NCBI RefSeq assembly: GCF_001194135.2
Contig: NC_068995.1
Coordinates: forward strand, 20,232,394-20,296,393
Direction: 5' to 3'
DNA: 64,000 bases
DNA from: Octopus bimaculoides
Taxonomy: Eukaryota
The position numbers and the translations under genes were made by a program. Positions 42,112 through 56,086 of the stretch are shown piece by piece. The notes below the pieces were generated by a model. That model was not told the DNA's origin. It ran no database searches and saw only the letters and a program-made list of their open reading frames with translations. Each line of letters starts with the position of its first letter. Position 1 is the first letter of the stretch.

Positions 42112-42769
42112 CATCATTATTGTTGTTGTTGTTGTTATTACTATTATTTTTATTGTTATTGTCGTTATCATCATCATCATCAAAATCATCATCATCATCA
42201 AAATCATCATCATCGNNNNNNNNNNNNNNNNNNNNNNNNNNNNNNNNNNNNNNNNNNNNNNNNNNNNNNNNNNNNNNNNNNNNNNNNNNNNNNNNNNNNN
42301 NNNNNNNNNNNNNNNNNNTAGTGCTAGCATTACCACTATCCTACTACTCCTCCTCTTTTTCCTTCTCCTCTTCCACCTCCTCCTCATCATCATCATCATC
42401 TCAAATTCGTCATCAACATTATTATTGTTCTTATCCATATTTTTCTGGAGTTTTTGTTTTTTTTTTGTTCTTTTTTTTTAATGTTGTATTTATTTAAAGA
42501 GATTTCCGCAACCTTGTCCCCCCACCACCACCACCAACCTCGGTCGAATTCGTCCCTCCACCCTCGTTTCTCAACCAACCTCTCCTCTTACTATATTTTC
42601 CATTCACAACGAGAAGGGAAACCTGAAACAAATATAAAAAATAGTTACCGTCTGCGGTCACTAATAATAATAAAAAAACACACTTGGTGCATTGGTTTGC
42701 CTGAGTAAAGCTTTAGTCGTAACTAACCAGGACTTAGGTGTATTATAAAAGGGTTTAACAGGTTTATTG

Positions 42770-42960
42770 TTTCGGTCTGAGTTTCATCTGCTTCTTTAGG
42801 TTTTGCGTTCAATTTCCACTGAGTTAAAACTTTGCATTTATCGACCCTTTCTGGGTCGATAAAATAAGTTTAACCAGTCAAGCACTGAGGTCGATGTAAT
42901 CAACAAACCACTTCTCATCACCTACATTTCAGACCTTCTACCTGTAGTAGAAAAGAATTA
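42770..42960 (+). mobile_element. SINE family B, the only plus-strand copy I found
   Basis: ctgggtcgataaaataag..accagtcaagcactgaggtcgatgtaatcaac...cctgtagtagaaaagaatta. Confidence 0.75.
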
Positions 42961-43019
42961 CCATCATATCATGTACACTGTCATCGTCGTCATCATCATC
43001 ATCATCATCATTGCAGTAA

Positions 43020-43111
<92 letters not shown>

Positions 43112-43525
43112 GGGAGTTAGGGAGAGGGAGAGAAATTCACTGAGATGATGTATGTATGGGTTTATGGGTGTGTGTGTGTGTGAGTGTGTGAATGCATGCA
43201 TGTATGTATGTATGCACACACATACACACACACGCACACACGCACACACAGCACACCCTTTAAGCTGTACTGTACTTCCGAACACAATTAACGTGAAGTA
43301 TTTAGAACAGTAAGGTGAAAGAAATTATCCTACCTGATGAATACATGCGATAGGGTAAGGAACATGATAGGTACCTTCAATTTTCATCGTAAATTACCCG
43401 TTTAAATGATGGCTTTATGGTGTAACCACCAGGTGCGCTCCATTGCTATAAATTGAACTAACATTATAACGACATCCTACGGAAATTTCCGTTTGATATA
43501 TATATATGCATATATATAGATATAA

Positions 43526-43580
<55 letters not shown>

Positions 43581-43899
43581 NNNNNNNNNNNNNNNNNNNN
43601 NNNNNNNNNNNNNNNNNNNNNNNNNNNNNNNNNNNNNNNNNNNNNNNNNNNNNNNNNNNNNNNNNNNNNNNNNNNNNNNNNNNNNNNNNNNNNNNNNNNN
43701 NNNNNNNNNNNNNNNNNNNNNNNNNNNNNNNNNNNNNNNNNNNNNNNNNNNNNNNNNNNNNNNNNNNNNNNNNNNATATATATATATATATATACATACA
43801 TACATATATACCCTGTATATGTACATATGGGTTTGTACTAATGAATGCATATGCATATATTTATAGGGACGTGTATGTGTGTTTGTGTCTGTGTAAGAT

Positions 43900-44930
43900 A
43901 GAGCCGAAGAGTAAAAATCTTAAATCGCTTAAATAAATAACTTAATGACAGCGGGAAATCCCACCTCCAAAACGCTGCTTTCAGTAACCGAAAATAAACT
44001 CAATTTCTCCAATGGAAAAGAAAAAGACGAAAGAGAAGCCGAAGCAATCAAAAATATTAAAACGAATCCTAAAACCCTTCAATAAATTTGCAAGAAAATC
44101 TACTCCGTTGCCTTACAAGTTAGGGCCACTCTGCGAAGAAAAACAGCTTACCGATACCACACATTATAGGGAGAAGTGAAATACGAAATACACAATTCTA
44201 AGGTGTTTTCACTTTTCCGTTGAGAGATATGTAAATATATAAGTATGAGAAGTTTTTCAACACCGCAGAACAGCACAAGGAACAGGCAGTCATCGATTAC
44301 ATCTTCATAAAAAAATGAGGATGTAATATCGGTCGTTGATAAAATGAACTTGCTGTCAGCAATAGGCCCTGATGGTTTTTCTAGTTATTCTTTTAAAGAG
44401 ACGCGAGAAATCTCTAACAATACTACTGTAAATACTTTATCCAGAACTTCCATGCATGTGGCAAGTTAATTTAAAAAATTAAACGGGGGTGTAATATGCC
44501 CTATCCATAAAGGAAGAACCAGAGCTGTTGCTAAAAGATCACAGGCATATCTCATATGTTAGTGACGACAGGATGGAATTGCCTCACAGAGCAACTACAG
44601 CATTATGACTGAGTACATTTAAGAATGAACATGAAACATCTCGACTTTCGATAAAGGATCGCGAAACCATGTCACAGATTGCGTGATCTTAGTATCGTTT
44701 GAAAATTAGGCGAGGAGAAGGCTGCATGACTGTGTAAAAGGTAGGAGTCAGAAAGTTGCTGTCGATGGTTCTCTCTCTCTGATGAGACGTCAATTCTTAG
44801 CGGAGTCCCTTAGGGAACCGTACGAAGGCCACTACTGTTTGTAGTTTGTTTCTCCGAAATGTCTTCAGTCATTCAGTTAACCACTTACACCAGCTGTGCA
44901 TACGATACAAAAGTATCACGGGCAGTCAAG
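43900..44930 (+). mobile_element. Highly degenerate CR1/L2-like LINE ORF2 (reverse transcriptase) fragment
   Basis: AIKNIKTNPK; SAIGPDGF; CPIHKG; QKVAVDGSLSDET..SGVP*GTV..PLLF; AYDTKV (decayed YADDTK). Confidence 0.8.
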
Positions 44931-45655
44931 ATCCCTGGAAAAGGAAGATATAGCTTCTAAGTGACATGTGATGTATTTATTACGGGCCCAGGAAAGGTTA
45001 CTGTTCCTGTCACTAGGACTAGCATTCTCTGGCTTTCGGAATATATACCTACACATAACTTTCTGCTGGTATTTTGTGTATTTCTGTCCCATGCTGTTAT
45101 TTATGTAAGTCAATCCAACAACGATTGTTTCACATCGAGTGGCTGTAAACTCGGAGTACTTGCACTGGAGTTCTTCGCCTAATCCTATGTTTCAGTATTT
45201 TTTTATTGCTCATCAGATGACGAGAAACCTTCATTTCTCTGATCATTAAATCAACTTATATATTTATATCTAACATTGCGGATCTTGACTGCGATAGAGT
45301 GACAAATTCTAGCACCGAGTTTTGTTGGTGGCGTGATTGAATAATGATTATTTAAATACAACAGAGTTTGTATTATATAACTTAGTATAAGTTCAAAGTT
45401 TTTACATGCATCGAGAAATGAGTCTGATACTTCATTTGTAGGCAAGACACAGACTTGGCAAATCTTTAGGCCTGTTTGTCCTCACGCACACAAAGTTTCC
45501 CAGCCATAAACGCACTCACTCTTTTACATGTATGCACACACGTGCGCGATCCAGGATTGTCACGATTATTAGAAAGACATAAAGGCCGTGTCTGCGCGTA
45601 TACATAATTATATGTGTGCGTGCACCGAGAACATATCTGCGTACATATGTATGCA

Positions 45656-45783
<128 letters not shown>

Positions 45784-45986
45784 GCCCTAACTCTTCGAAA
45801 CGCCAGTGTTGTAATGGTGGCAGCTGATGAAGGATATGTTCTCTATGTGGCCTGTGTGTTTTTTGTACCTTGTTTATCATTTTGTCCATGTTTTTTGCAT
45901 CGTCATGTACCCAGACATGCATCTATACGTACATGTAGATGAAGGTATGTACATACATGTACATATATATGCATATATCCATATAT

Positions 45987-46017
<31 letters not shown>

Positions 46018-46101
46018 ATGTGTGCGTGTGTGCGCGCGCGCGCGCGTGTGTGTGTATTTATGTATTTACGTATGTACTGTACGTATGTTTATTTAAGTGA
46101 A

Positions 46102-46415
46102 GGCGCGTGGCTTAGTGGTTAGGACATTCGACTCACGATTGTAAAGTCGTGAGTTCAATTCCAGGCAACTCGTTGTGTCCTAGACACTTTCTTTCACGTT
46201 GCTCCCGTGCACTCTGCTGGCAAAAATGTGTAGTACCTGTATTTCAAAGGAGCCAGCCTTGTTACATTCTGCATCACGTTGAATTTAGCAGTGAACTACG
46301 TTAAGGGTACACGTGTCTGTGGAGTGCTCAGCCACTCGCACGTTAATTTCACGAGCAAGCTGTTCCATTGATCGGATCAACTGGAACTCTCGTCGTCGTA
46401 ACCGACGGAGTGCCA
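46102..46415 (+). mobile_element. SINE family C (tRNA-derived), full length
   Basis: ggcgcgtggcttagtggttag (box A), gtgagttcaattcc (box B); a colinear second copy lies at 57166-57479. Confidence 0.88.
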
Positions 46416-46561
46416 GGTGTATGTATGTATGTATGTATGTATGTGAACATGTATGTATGAATGTGTGTATGTGTGTATGTATGTATGTATGCGTTTGTGT
46501 GTATGTATGTATGTGTGTATGTGTGTGTGTATGTATGTATGTATGTATGTATGCGCTTGTG

Positions 46562-46597
<36 letters not shown>

Positions 46598-47938
46598 TGT
46601 ATGTATGCGTTTGTGTGTATGTATGTAAGCATGTGCGTATGTATGTATGTGCGTGTATGTGTTTATGTATGTATGTCTGTATGTATGTATGTATGATGTA
46701 CGTGCGTTCTTGCCTGGATATGTATTAATATATGCTTACGTCGCCTACACCGGCCTTCCTTCAGTGTGCCTGATGGAATGCGAGTGTGTGAACGTGTGTT
46801 CGCGCGTGTGTCTGTGATCGATTATATATGGCTGGCTATGAGTGTGTGTGAAAGTATGAATAACCTGAACACCTTTCGTTAAGTAACAACAAATGAGGTT
46901 CATCAAGATCTTCTCTTTGAGACCTTTTTTGATCTACCAAAAAAATACACTTAAATGGAGAGTTTAATGTTTCTTATTTCAGGTTCACAGCTTCGCTTTT
47001 CAGGTTCAAATATTCGTGTTTCATAGAGGAAAGGTTTGCGCCATTTTTGATGATTTTTATGCACATGAACACACCCATATGTCTGTGCGAGTGTGAAAGT
47101 GTGTGTATGTGTGCCAGTGTATGTACGTATGTATATATGTATATATGTATGTACGTACATATGTACCTATATATATATCTATATCATATGTATCTATATA
47201 TGTATGTACACACATATGTACGTACATATGTACCTATATACACATACACACACACACGCACAGCTGTATACATATATNNNNNNNNNNNNNNNNNNNNNNN
47301 NNNNNNNNNNNNNNNNNNNNNNNNNNNNNNNNNNNNNNNNNNNNNNNNNNNNNNNNNNNNNNNNNNNNNNNNNNNNNNNNNNNNNNNNNNNNNNNNNNNN
47401 NNNNNNNNNNNNNNNNNNNNATATATATATAAATATATGTATGTACGTATGTATATATGTATGTATGTATGTATGTATATACATATGTATCTACCTATAC
47501 ACACACACACATGCAGATAGACAATTATACATTTATGTCTGTATGTTTATTTATGTGTGTCTATGTGTGTGTGTCTATGTGTGTGTGTGCGCGTGTGTGT
47601 GTGTGTACATATGTGTGTGTATATATTAGTATGTATCTTTGAATATATATTCACACACTCGTTTATATATTCCATATATGTTCCCTAATTATGCATCCAG
47701 GACTTCTTACTGCTATGAGTCCGTATATCCTACATAAAAGCAATGTATTGGGAATATATACAGATATATTAATCAGTTGGAATAAAAAGAGAGTAATACG
47801 CGAATATTACTGGTATCATATTTGATAACACTCGTGACAATTAGAGCTTGAATCTATCAAGGAGAGACGAAATGTCTTAAAGCACAAATATTTTTACATA
47901 ATTTTTTAAGTGTAAAAGCGCAGCCGTATAATTCAATA

Positions 47939-48577
47939 GTTTCAAATTTTGGCACAGGGCCAGCAATTTTAGGGAAGAGTTAAGTCAATTACATCGACCT
48001 CAGTATTCAACTGGTACTTATTTTATCGAGCCCGAAGAAATGAAAGGCAAAGTTGACCTCGACAGGATTTGTACTCAGAACCGAAGATGGACGAAATGCC
48101 GCAAAGCTTGCCGTCTTGGAAGTAGCTTAATAATAACGTTTTCTACTACAGGCACAAGGTCTGAAATTTTCGGGGGAGGATCAAGTCGATTACATTGACC
48201 CCTATTGTTCAACTGGTACTTCTTTTATTGATCCCATAAGGATGAAAAGCAAAGTCAACCTCGGCGTAATTTTAACTCAGAACGTAAAGCCGATCAAAAT
48301 GTCACTAAACGTTCCAGCTGGTCCGCTTTGATAGCTGTAATAATAATCCTTTCTACTGAAGGCACAAGGCCTGAAATTCTGGGGGAGGCGATTAATCGAT
48401 CACATCGACTCCAGTGTTTCGTTGCTACTTATTTTATCGACCCCGAAAAGATGAAAAACAAAAGTCCACCTCAGCGAAATTTTAACGAAATTTTTACGAA
48501 ATTTTAACGCAAAGTCAGACGAAATGCCGCTAAGCATTTTGTCCGGCCTGCTAACCATTCTGCTAGCTCGCCACCTT
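47939..48577 (-). mobile_element. Head-to-tail cluster of 3 SINE family B copies
   Basis: Three bodies; the third is flanked by gctgtaata direct repeats (48334-42 and 48580-88). Confidence 0.9.
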
Positions 48578-48819
48578 TTGCTGTAATAGCAATGAGAGGG
48601 GAAAATTTTGGAAAATATGATGGGAATATTTCTTCTTGGAACATTTAGCAAAAGTATATGATAATATTTTTAAATGTCTAAAATGAAGTGAGTCGTGAAA
48701 AGTAAAACAAGGTAAAAATACCTGCATATATGATATACTTATATATGCAAGCACATCATTGATTTTTTCGGTATCCTTGATTCCGAAACAATGTTGAATT
48801 AACCGTTTTGCTGGACCCT

Positions 48820-48950
48820 CCACATGGTTCCGGGTTCAGTCCCACTGCGTAGCATCTTGGGCAAGTATTTTCTACCATAGCCTCGGACCGACTAAAGCTT
48901 TGTGAGTGGATTTGGTAGATCGAAACTGAAAGAAGCTCATCATATACATA

Positions 48951-48998
<48 letters not shown>

Positions 48999-49238
48999 TG
49001 CGTGTGCGTGTTTGCATGTGCGTGTGTGCGTGTGTGTATTTGAACCACCTCTATCACCACTTCACAACCGGTGCTAGTGTGCTTACGTTCCTATAACTAG
49101 CGGTTCGGCAAAAGAGAATATGTACCATGCTTTAAAAAAAAGAAGTACCGGGGTCGATACTTTCGCCTAAAAATTCTTCAAGGTGATGCTCCAGCGTGAC
49201 CGTAGTTTAATGACTGGTAACTAGTAAAAGTAAAAGAT
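48820..49238 (+). mobile_element. SINE family A, slightly 5'-truncated
   Basis: ccacatggttccgggttcagtcccactgcg...(GT)n...ggggtcgat...gtaaaagtaaaaga. Confidence 0.88.
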
Positions 49239-49258
49239 AGACATCTAATTCTTTACAA

Positions 49259-49511
49259 CAGTAGTTCTCAACCATTTCTTGACTGTGAACCTCTTTGATT
49301 TCTCTTTTACTCTATTGGACCCCAATAGCCATTTGATGTTTAAAACATCCGTTTATCTTTTTATAATTAAACATTATTAGGGAACTGTATGCAAAAAATT
49401 CTAATATTTTGTGTGTTTTAGAAGTCTAACCAGTTTTTTGCACTTACATTTTAACAACTAAACCTTACACCGTCCCCCAAGGACCACATGGACTCCGGTT
49501 GAGAACCACTG
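49259..49511. mobile_element. hAT (Charlie-like) MITE, 253 bp
   Basis: TIRs cagtagttctcaacc / ggttgagaaccactg; partial 8-bp TSD ctttacaa versus ctttatgt. Confidence 0.82.
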
Positions 49512-49747
49512 CTTTATGTCACAGACAGTAGATGAATCAATGCCGTTGATATTTTATAGCTTATGTACCGAAACACTACGGGCCATTGTTTTCAATGATT
49601 CTTTCACAATATGGATCGATGTTCAAGTTTATCATTACCTCTGACGCTTACCAGTAGTAGCCATTGTTAAGGGCAACTTTAAACTAAACAAGCGAGGGGT
49701 CTCTCAAAATTTTAGAATCGTCATTATGATGAGCAATGTAAATAATT

Positions 49748-49960
49748 CTTTCTATTACAGACATAAGGCCTGAAATGTTAGGGGAAGAGCTAGTCGATTA
49801 CATTGACCCCAGTGCTGGAGTGATATGTATTTCATGGACCCCGAATCGATGAAAGGCATGGTCGACTTCGGCGGAATTTTAACTCAGAACATAAAGACAG
49901 ACGAAATGCCGCTAGGCGTTTTGTGCGGTGTGCCAACAATTCTGCCAGCACGCCGCCTTG
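49748..49960 (-). mobile_element. SINE family B with 12-bp TSD
   Basis: aatgtaaataat occurs on both sides. Confidence 0.88.
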
Positions 49961-52515
49961 TGGAATGTAAATAATGCTTGTAGACACACGGTACACACAT
50001 CACTTGCGGTCGCGTGGGGAAAATAGACAAGCAGCCACAGGAATTTCAAGTTTCTCCTCGTGATTCATCCGGATTAAAGGAAGTGTTGGACCAATTTCCG
50101 GAAAATCAGTGGTGTACATGTACTTATGGTGCATATTTTCATTGAGATTGATCTTTAAAACTGACATAGAGGCGGAGATGAATTGTACACACTCGCATGC
50201 GCGCGCATACACACACACACACATACAGACACGCATGAAAGGATTTAACTGAGAAAGGTTTTTCGTAATGGATGCATTTCCCATTATATATTATGCAAAG
50301 CAGAAACGTACGTATTAAATGATTTCTTATCACTATTTAGTTTGACTTCATTATTACAACTTGGGATTGCCTTTTGTTTTATTATACTTGCATCAGCTGA
50401 ACCACTCCACTGCCTACAGTCACCATTTATTTATGTGGGTTCTGAATAGCTGCGCTTCACATTGGAGTTTAGGTGTCATCTGATTTTGTATACCTATTAT
50501 CTATGTGCTCTGTGACACTGTCTTCCCTATTACATACATACTTGTGCGTGATGTGTGTCTGTGTGTTTGTGTGTCCGTGTGTTTGTGTGTCTGTGTGTTT
50601 TTGTGTATTTCAAACAAATAAATATATATTCTACATATTTTCTCTAATCCTAGAGCTATGTTTCCAACGAAAACGTGTAGATAAATTGTATATGCATACA
50701 ACACCGTCATCAGCAGGATAAGGGAGGTAAGGTTGATTTGATTAAGGTTAATAACTTCATTTTCGTTCGCCTTGGTACAAATGTGAGCCTGAATTTAGTC
50801 AGACCAGGTAAAATGTAAAACTAAACAGTAAAAAGAACAATCTCCAGAATTTCATATTAAAATCTCTTCTAATGCTGCGGCCCCTACTGGATTATTTTAG
50901 TATTGCTTTAGCAATATTATAGTGACATAGACTAAAGTTCCGGATTTAAATACAGGCTTTACAGCTTATAATGTTATTGTCATCAATTTCTCCATCATTT
51001 TTAAAATTATTTTTACGAGATGTGCTACTGGCCAGATATGCAGCATTCCATTTGTAAAATAAGATCGTTATACCTCATGTAGAGAATTAATAGTCCGAAA
51101 ATTACTCACAGAAAAAAGATAAAATCTTATCACTTTTACAAAAGCTACGGTTGTTAATAGCTGTCGTCTGCATCAACTTGGACAAGCCGTAGCTTCTACT
51201 GTGTGGTCGTTAGATCAACAAGAAATAGACACCAATTTGTTCTTAACTTATACCTACACTCTTGAAAAGGGAAGGTTATATTGGTCAATGAGTTCCTGGA
51301 TACGCTATCTCTGAAAACAACATGGATAGTTATGGGTGAAGTGTCTTTGCTCATAGACTTATTCAGTTAAGGAAAGTTGAGGCTGATCTTCAATAGCAAC
51401 TTAGAAATAGGTGATTTCTGTCGTTCCAAGTTAAGTGATTTGGACAAGGTTACAAGTCAGTAACGAAGTTTGATAATACCTAGGTATACCTAGAACCGGT
51501 TCAATCAATAATATTGATTAATTTATCTCACCTACGGTGAGATAAAACTATTCCTATAAGAAATTTAAGTCCGAGTCAAAATAGTAATTGATTCAATAAC
51601 CATTTCGGGTTTTGCCCTTCATTGCAGGCGAAATGAACTTGCTAAAATTTGAGTTATAACAAGAATTATAAAGATGATGTCATGATTGAAATTTTGCCTT
51701 TGGTCTTTGTACATAATAATAGTTTCAATTTTTGGAACAAGGCCAGAAATTTTAGGCGAGAGAGATAGTCGATCACATCAACTGCAGTGTTCAACTGATA
51801 TTTATTTTATCGCCTCTGAATAGCTGAATTACAAATTCGATCTCAGTAGAATTTGAACTCGTATTTAGATATAAATATAAAGAAATCATGTATGTATAAC
51901 CGAAGTTATAATAAAGGCTATGGTTCATATTGAGGTAAAAGTTCACTATATTCTACACCAAGTAAAAGGGTGTGCTTAAGTTTTGTAACCAGCGTAGACA
52001 TTCTGTAGCCGAAAGCATAATGATTAATAATTGAGATCAAAGTTGACAGCTCTTTGTAAAGCAAGAGATTATATTTCACGATTAACGAAGGGGAAAATCT
52101 CACTGCATGGATTAAAGGATTATGCGTCGGTTAATGCCCGAGTTCATAGTCTGCTTTTGACGAAAGAATTAATTGCTAAAATGAATGTTTTACTAATATT
52201 CGTTTAGTTACTTCAATCTCCTTATTTTATAGAGTGTAATGTATTGTCATATCACTGCCTTCATTCTGGCCTCTTCGGTCCGTTTAAGAGTTTCAAGAAG
52301 AAGGCTTATACAGCAGCGTGTAAATATTTATTGATCGCCATTGCTTTCTATTTGAAACAAGTAAAGATCAGTGAGTTTAGCATCATGGTAAACTAAATTT
52401 GATCGAGAACTGAAACTCTTTGGCGAACTTCTTTTGACAGGAAGTTGTCTTCTGCTAAGCAGTTCTTACCTTCGTTTGTTGAAAGGTATTCATTGAAATA
52501 CGCAGGATAACTATT

Positions 52516-53180
52516 TGTTTCAAATTTTGACTCAAGGTCAGCGATTTCGGAGGAGGGGATAAGTTGATTGCACTGACCCTAGTATTGAACTGGTACTCAC
52601 TTTATCGACCCCGAAAGGGTGAAAGGCAAAGTCGACCTCGGCGGAATTTGAACTCAGAATGTGAAGACGAACAAAATACCGCTAAGCATTTCGTCCGGCG
52701 TGTTAACGATTTTGCCACCTCACCGCTTTATGCAGGATAAATATTCTTTTCTTTTCTACTTTAGGCACAAGGCTCGAAATTTTTGGGGAGGGTGCCATTC
52801 GATTAGATCGACCCCAATACGCAACTGGTACTTAATTTATCGACACCGAAATGATGAAAGGCAATGTCGACATCGGCGATATTTGATCTCAGAACATAAA
52901 GACAGACGAAATACCGCTAAGCATTTCGCCCGGCGTGCTAACGTTTCTTATTTCTTTACTGCCCACAAGGGGCTACACACAGAGGGAACAAACAAGAACA
53001 GACGAACGGATTAAGTCGATTACATCGACCCCAGTGCGTAACTGGTACTTAATTTATCGACCCCGAAAGGATGAAAGGCAAAGTCGACCTCGGCGGAATT
53101 TGAATTCAGAACGTAACGGCAGACGAAATACCGCTAAGCATTTCGCCCGGCGTGCTAACGTTTTTGACAGCACGCCACCT
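52516..53180 (-). mobile_element. Three SINE family B units: a monomer plus a dimer, delimited by three copies of one 17-bp target
   Basis: ta(c/t)gcaggataa(c/a)tatt at 52499-52515, 52729-52745 and 53181-53197. Confidence 0.93.
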
Positions 53181-54529
53181 TACGCAGGATAAATATTGAT
53201 AAGGTATAACTGCAACATCAACTCAAGAAAGCAACTTAAGATTAATAGGTGCATTTGCTCTCAGTTTATTCCTAGCTGTACATTCTACGCTTCGATATGT
53301 CACAACAGTTTTCTATAAAAAATGAAAAATGCAATGAGTGATAGGGAGCTAATTGGGATTATATTGTGCTGAATTTATGATTTGTATCTTGTCAGTGATG
53401 TTCGAAGACGCATTTGCAGAGATCGTACATCCCCTACGGTATCATAAGTATCATAAGTCCCAAGAAACTTTGGGACACTGTGAAAGTAATGATGACTATT
53501 TCTTTAATATTCATTATCGAATTCATTTCTTCCTGTAAAAGTTGCTGATGAATAAGCTCCAGCAGTTTGATTTCCCTTAACCACACAACCTAAAACATTT
53601 CAATGCTGCTACGATACCACGATAGTTTATAAATGCCAACATCATAAAATGACTTCTGCCCTTAACAACTTCAGTTTCTAATTGTTTCTCCTATTTTTCA
53701 ATAACTACGTTCTTTTCGCTCTAATGTTGGCTCGATCAGTGTTCTGGTTCAGGAATAGACATATATGATTATATGAAGGCGATTGGAGCCAGTGTATCAG
53801 AATGTTGTGTTAGTATCAAGAATGAAACTCTGAGATGAGCAAAAGAGTTTATAATCTTTTAGCATTCTAATAATCTTTAATCATTTTCAATCATTTTAAT
53901 CACCTTAATAATGGTTCGCCAAATCCTCATAACTCTGATATTACAACTGGGGACTGTTTCGTTCAAAGCGCCTATATCTTGCATCTTGAATCTTCAGCTA
54001 GTTTATCTTCGTTGTTAGTACTCTTTGTCTATGCTTGCTACATCCTCACTTCTTCTCCAACACCGATATAAGGAAACATCTTATGCTATTGGAATTAATG
54101 TTGCAGTTTTTTTTTTTTTTTGAACCTCAGGTCAAACCTGATTAATTAGCAGTGTTCCGACTATGACCATCGAAGTTTTTTCGAATATCTCGGTTTACTA
54201 TCTTGTCCAACGTGCAATTTTAATGTTTAAAACAACAGGGTGCAATGCGAGTGGATTTAACTGCAATTTATAACACTTTGAATAACTAGTTAGAAGTTGA
54301 TATTTGGCTCGTTGGACAGAAACATTTATTATTGACAATAGAGAATTATTTGATTGCAACACTGAATCATATCTACACTGCATAAGCAATGTAGTTTTAA
54401 GGAATACAAACCAGATTTTCTCAGACTTACTAACAACTGACTAGTGTAATCTCTAGTGTAGAAAGGTAAATTTTATCAGTTTATCAATGCAGAAACCTAT
54501 GTTATGCACCGATGCAATCCAGTGCAACA

Positions 54530-54832
54530 CAAAGACGACGAAATACCGCTAAGCATTTCGCCAACGATTCTGCCAGCTCACTGCCTTAACAGCAACAAGA
54601 ACAATAATAATCCTATCTACTAAAAGCACAAGGCCTGAAATTTTGTGGGGGTGGGGGGACCAGTCGATTACATCGACCCCAGTATTTCACTGGTACTTAA
54701 TTTACCGACCCCGAATGGATGAAATGCAAAGTTGGCCTCGGTGGAATTTGAACTCAGAACATGAAGACGGACGAAATGCCTCGAAGCATTTTGCCCGATA
54801 TGCTAAGGATTCTATCTGCTTTCCGCCTTCAG
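54530..54832 (-). mobile_element. SINE family B head fragment plus one full copy
   Basis: gaaataccgctaagcatttcgcc..ctgccagctcactgcctt at 54540-54588; full body at 54610-54830. Confidence 0.85.
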
Positions 54833-56037
54833 CGATGATCATAATAATAACAAAAACAATAACCTGAATGATGATAATTAATAAATAATAAATTTCGATG
54901 CCAAAATGATGAAAAATCATTAAGAGACCCTCTCTATGAAAATCATGTAAAACCAACTTAGTGAAACAACTAATAAACTAACCTCGATACAAATGGATGG
55001 CTGAATGAAAACCTCTCTGACTGTGTAAACTGGAATCAGTTCTGTTCTGGCCTGTTCTCTCAGTCAGTTAACGATAAAGAATTTTTACTTGATGAAAATA
55101 TCCCAAGCGAAGCAAAAATAAAAAAAATTAAAATAATAGCAATAATAATGATAATAATAATAAAACAACATACACACACAAAATGGAACATAAAATTTTA
55201 CCGTGTATCATTTTAGTCGTAATGAAATCATTAATATGTAGTATTACGTCTAAAGCTCTTTAGATCATTGGGTGAAATTGCACTGAACTATAATCATGAA
55301 ACATGGACAATCAAAGCTAATAGAATTTATTCCTCCTTCCTTTGATATAATAAAGTGGCTTGAAAGAATATCTTATGATCAGCTATCTTTCGGAACGCTT
55401 AGAAATAATTGAAGAAGGAATGATAAGGTTCATTTGCGATATAGGTAGACGTAGTGACTTCTGATTTCATTGATTGCTCTCAAAATATGATAACCCCCAA
55501 AAAAGTGCGGCAAATCAAACAGGCTCTAATAGTGGTGTGTTAGCTATTGATGCCAAAACATATCCCTGTATGAAGCAGCTGCTGCTGCTGCTACTACTAC
55601 TGCGGCTACTGTTGTTGCTATTTAGCCCTAGGTCATCCCTGACTGAACAGACATTATGCTCAAAGACCGTCTTGGTTATGGCTATTTTTTTTTTTGTATT
55701 AATTATTTTCTTTCTTTTTTTTTTTGTACACCAGAGAATACAGTGTTTATTGTATCTTTCGTTTAAAAACACACAGGGTGAAAGATTTGATTGCTATTTC
55801 TAGCAGATCAGGCAACCACGAAGAGATTTCTCGTAAGCTCGTGCCTATCATCGTGTTAGCAGAAAGTGGCAGTAAATTAAAGTTACATTAACATTGCTCT
55901 GTGTTAATGCTATAGTGTACTACAGAATATATTTATAAATTCTTAGTCAAATCAGTAAATTAAAGACATGTGAACATCCTATCTGCATATTCAATATCTT
56001 CATGGTCAAATTTTAATACAGTGTTGGAGCTGAATGT

Positions 56038-56086
<49 letters not shown>

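Noticed and set aside
45185-45230. Minus-strand CTGATGA..GAAAC hammerhead candidate
   Set aside because: Stem II does not pair beyond one G-U pair, and no NUH/stem III arrangement forms.
46102-46175. tRNA genes (also the heads at 30921, 32389, 57410-57479 and 60330-60393)
   Set aside because: Box A and box B are present, but each continues into a SINE body. I could not fold a full cloverleaf with an acceptor stem.
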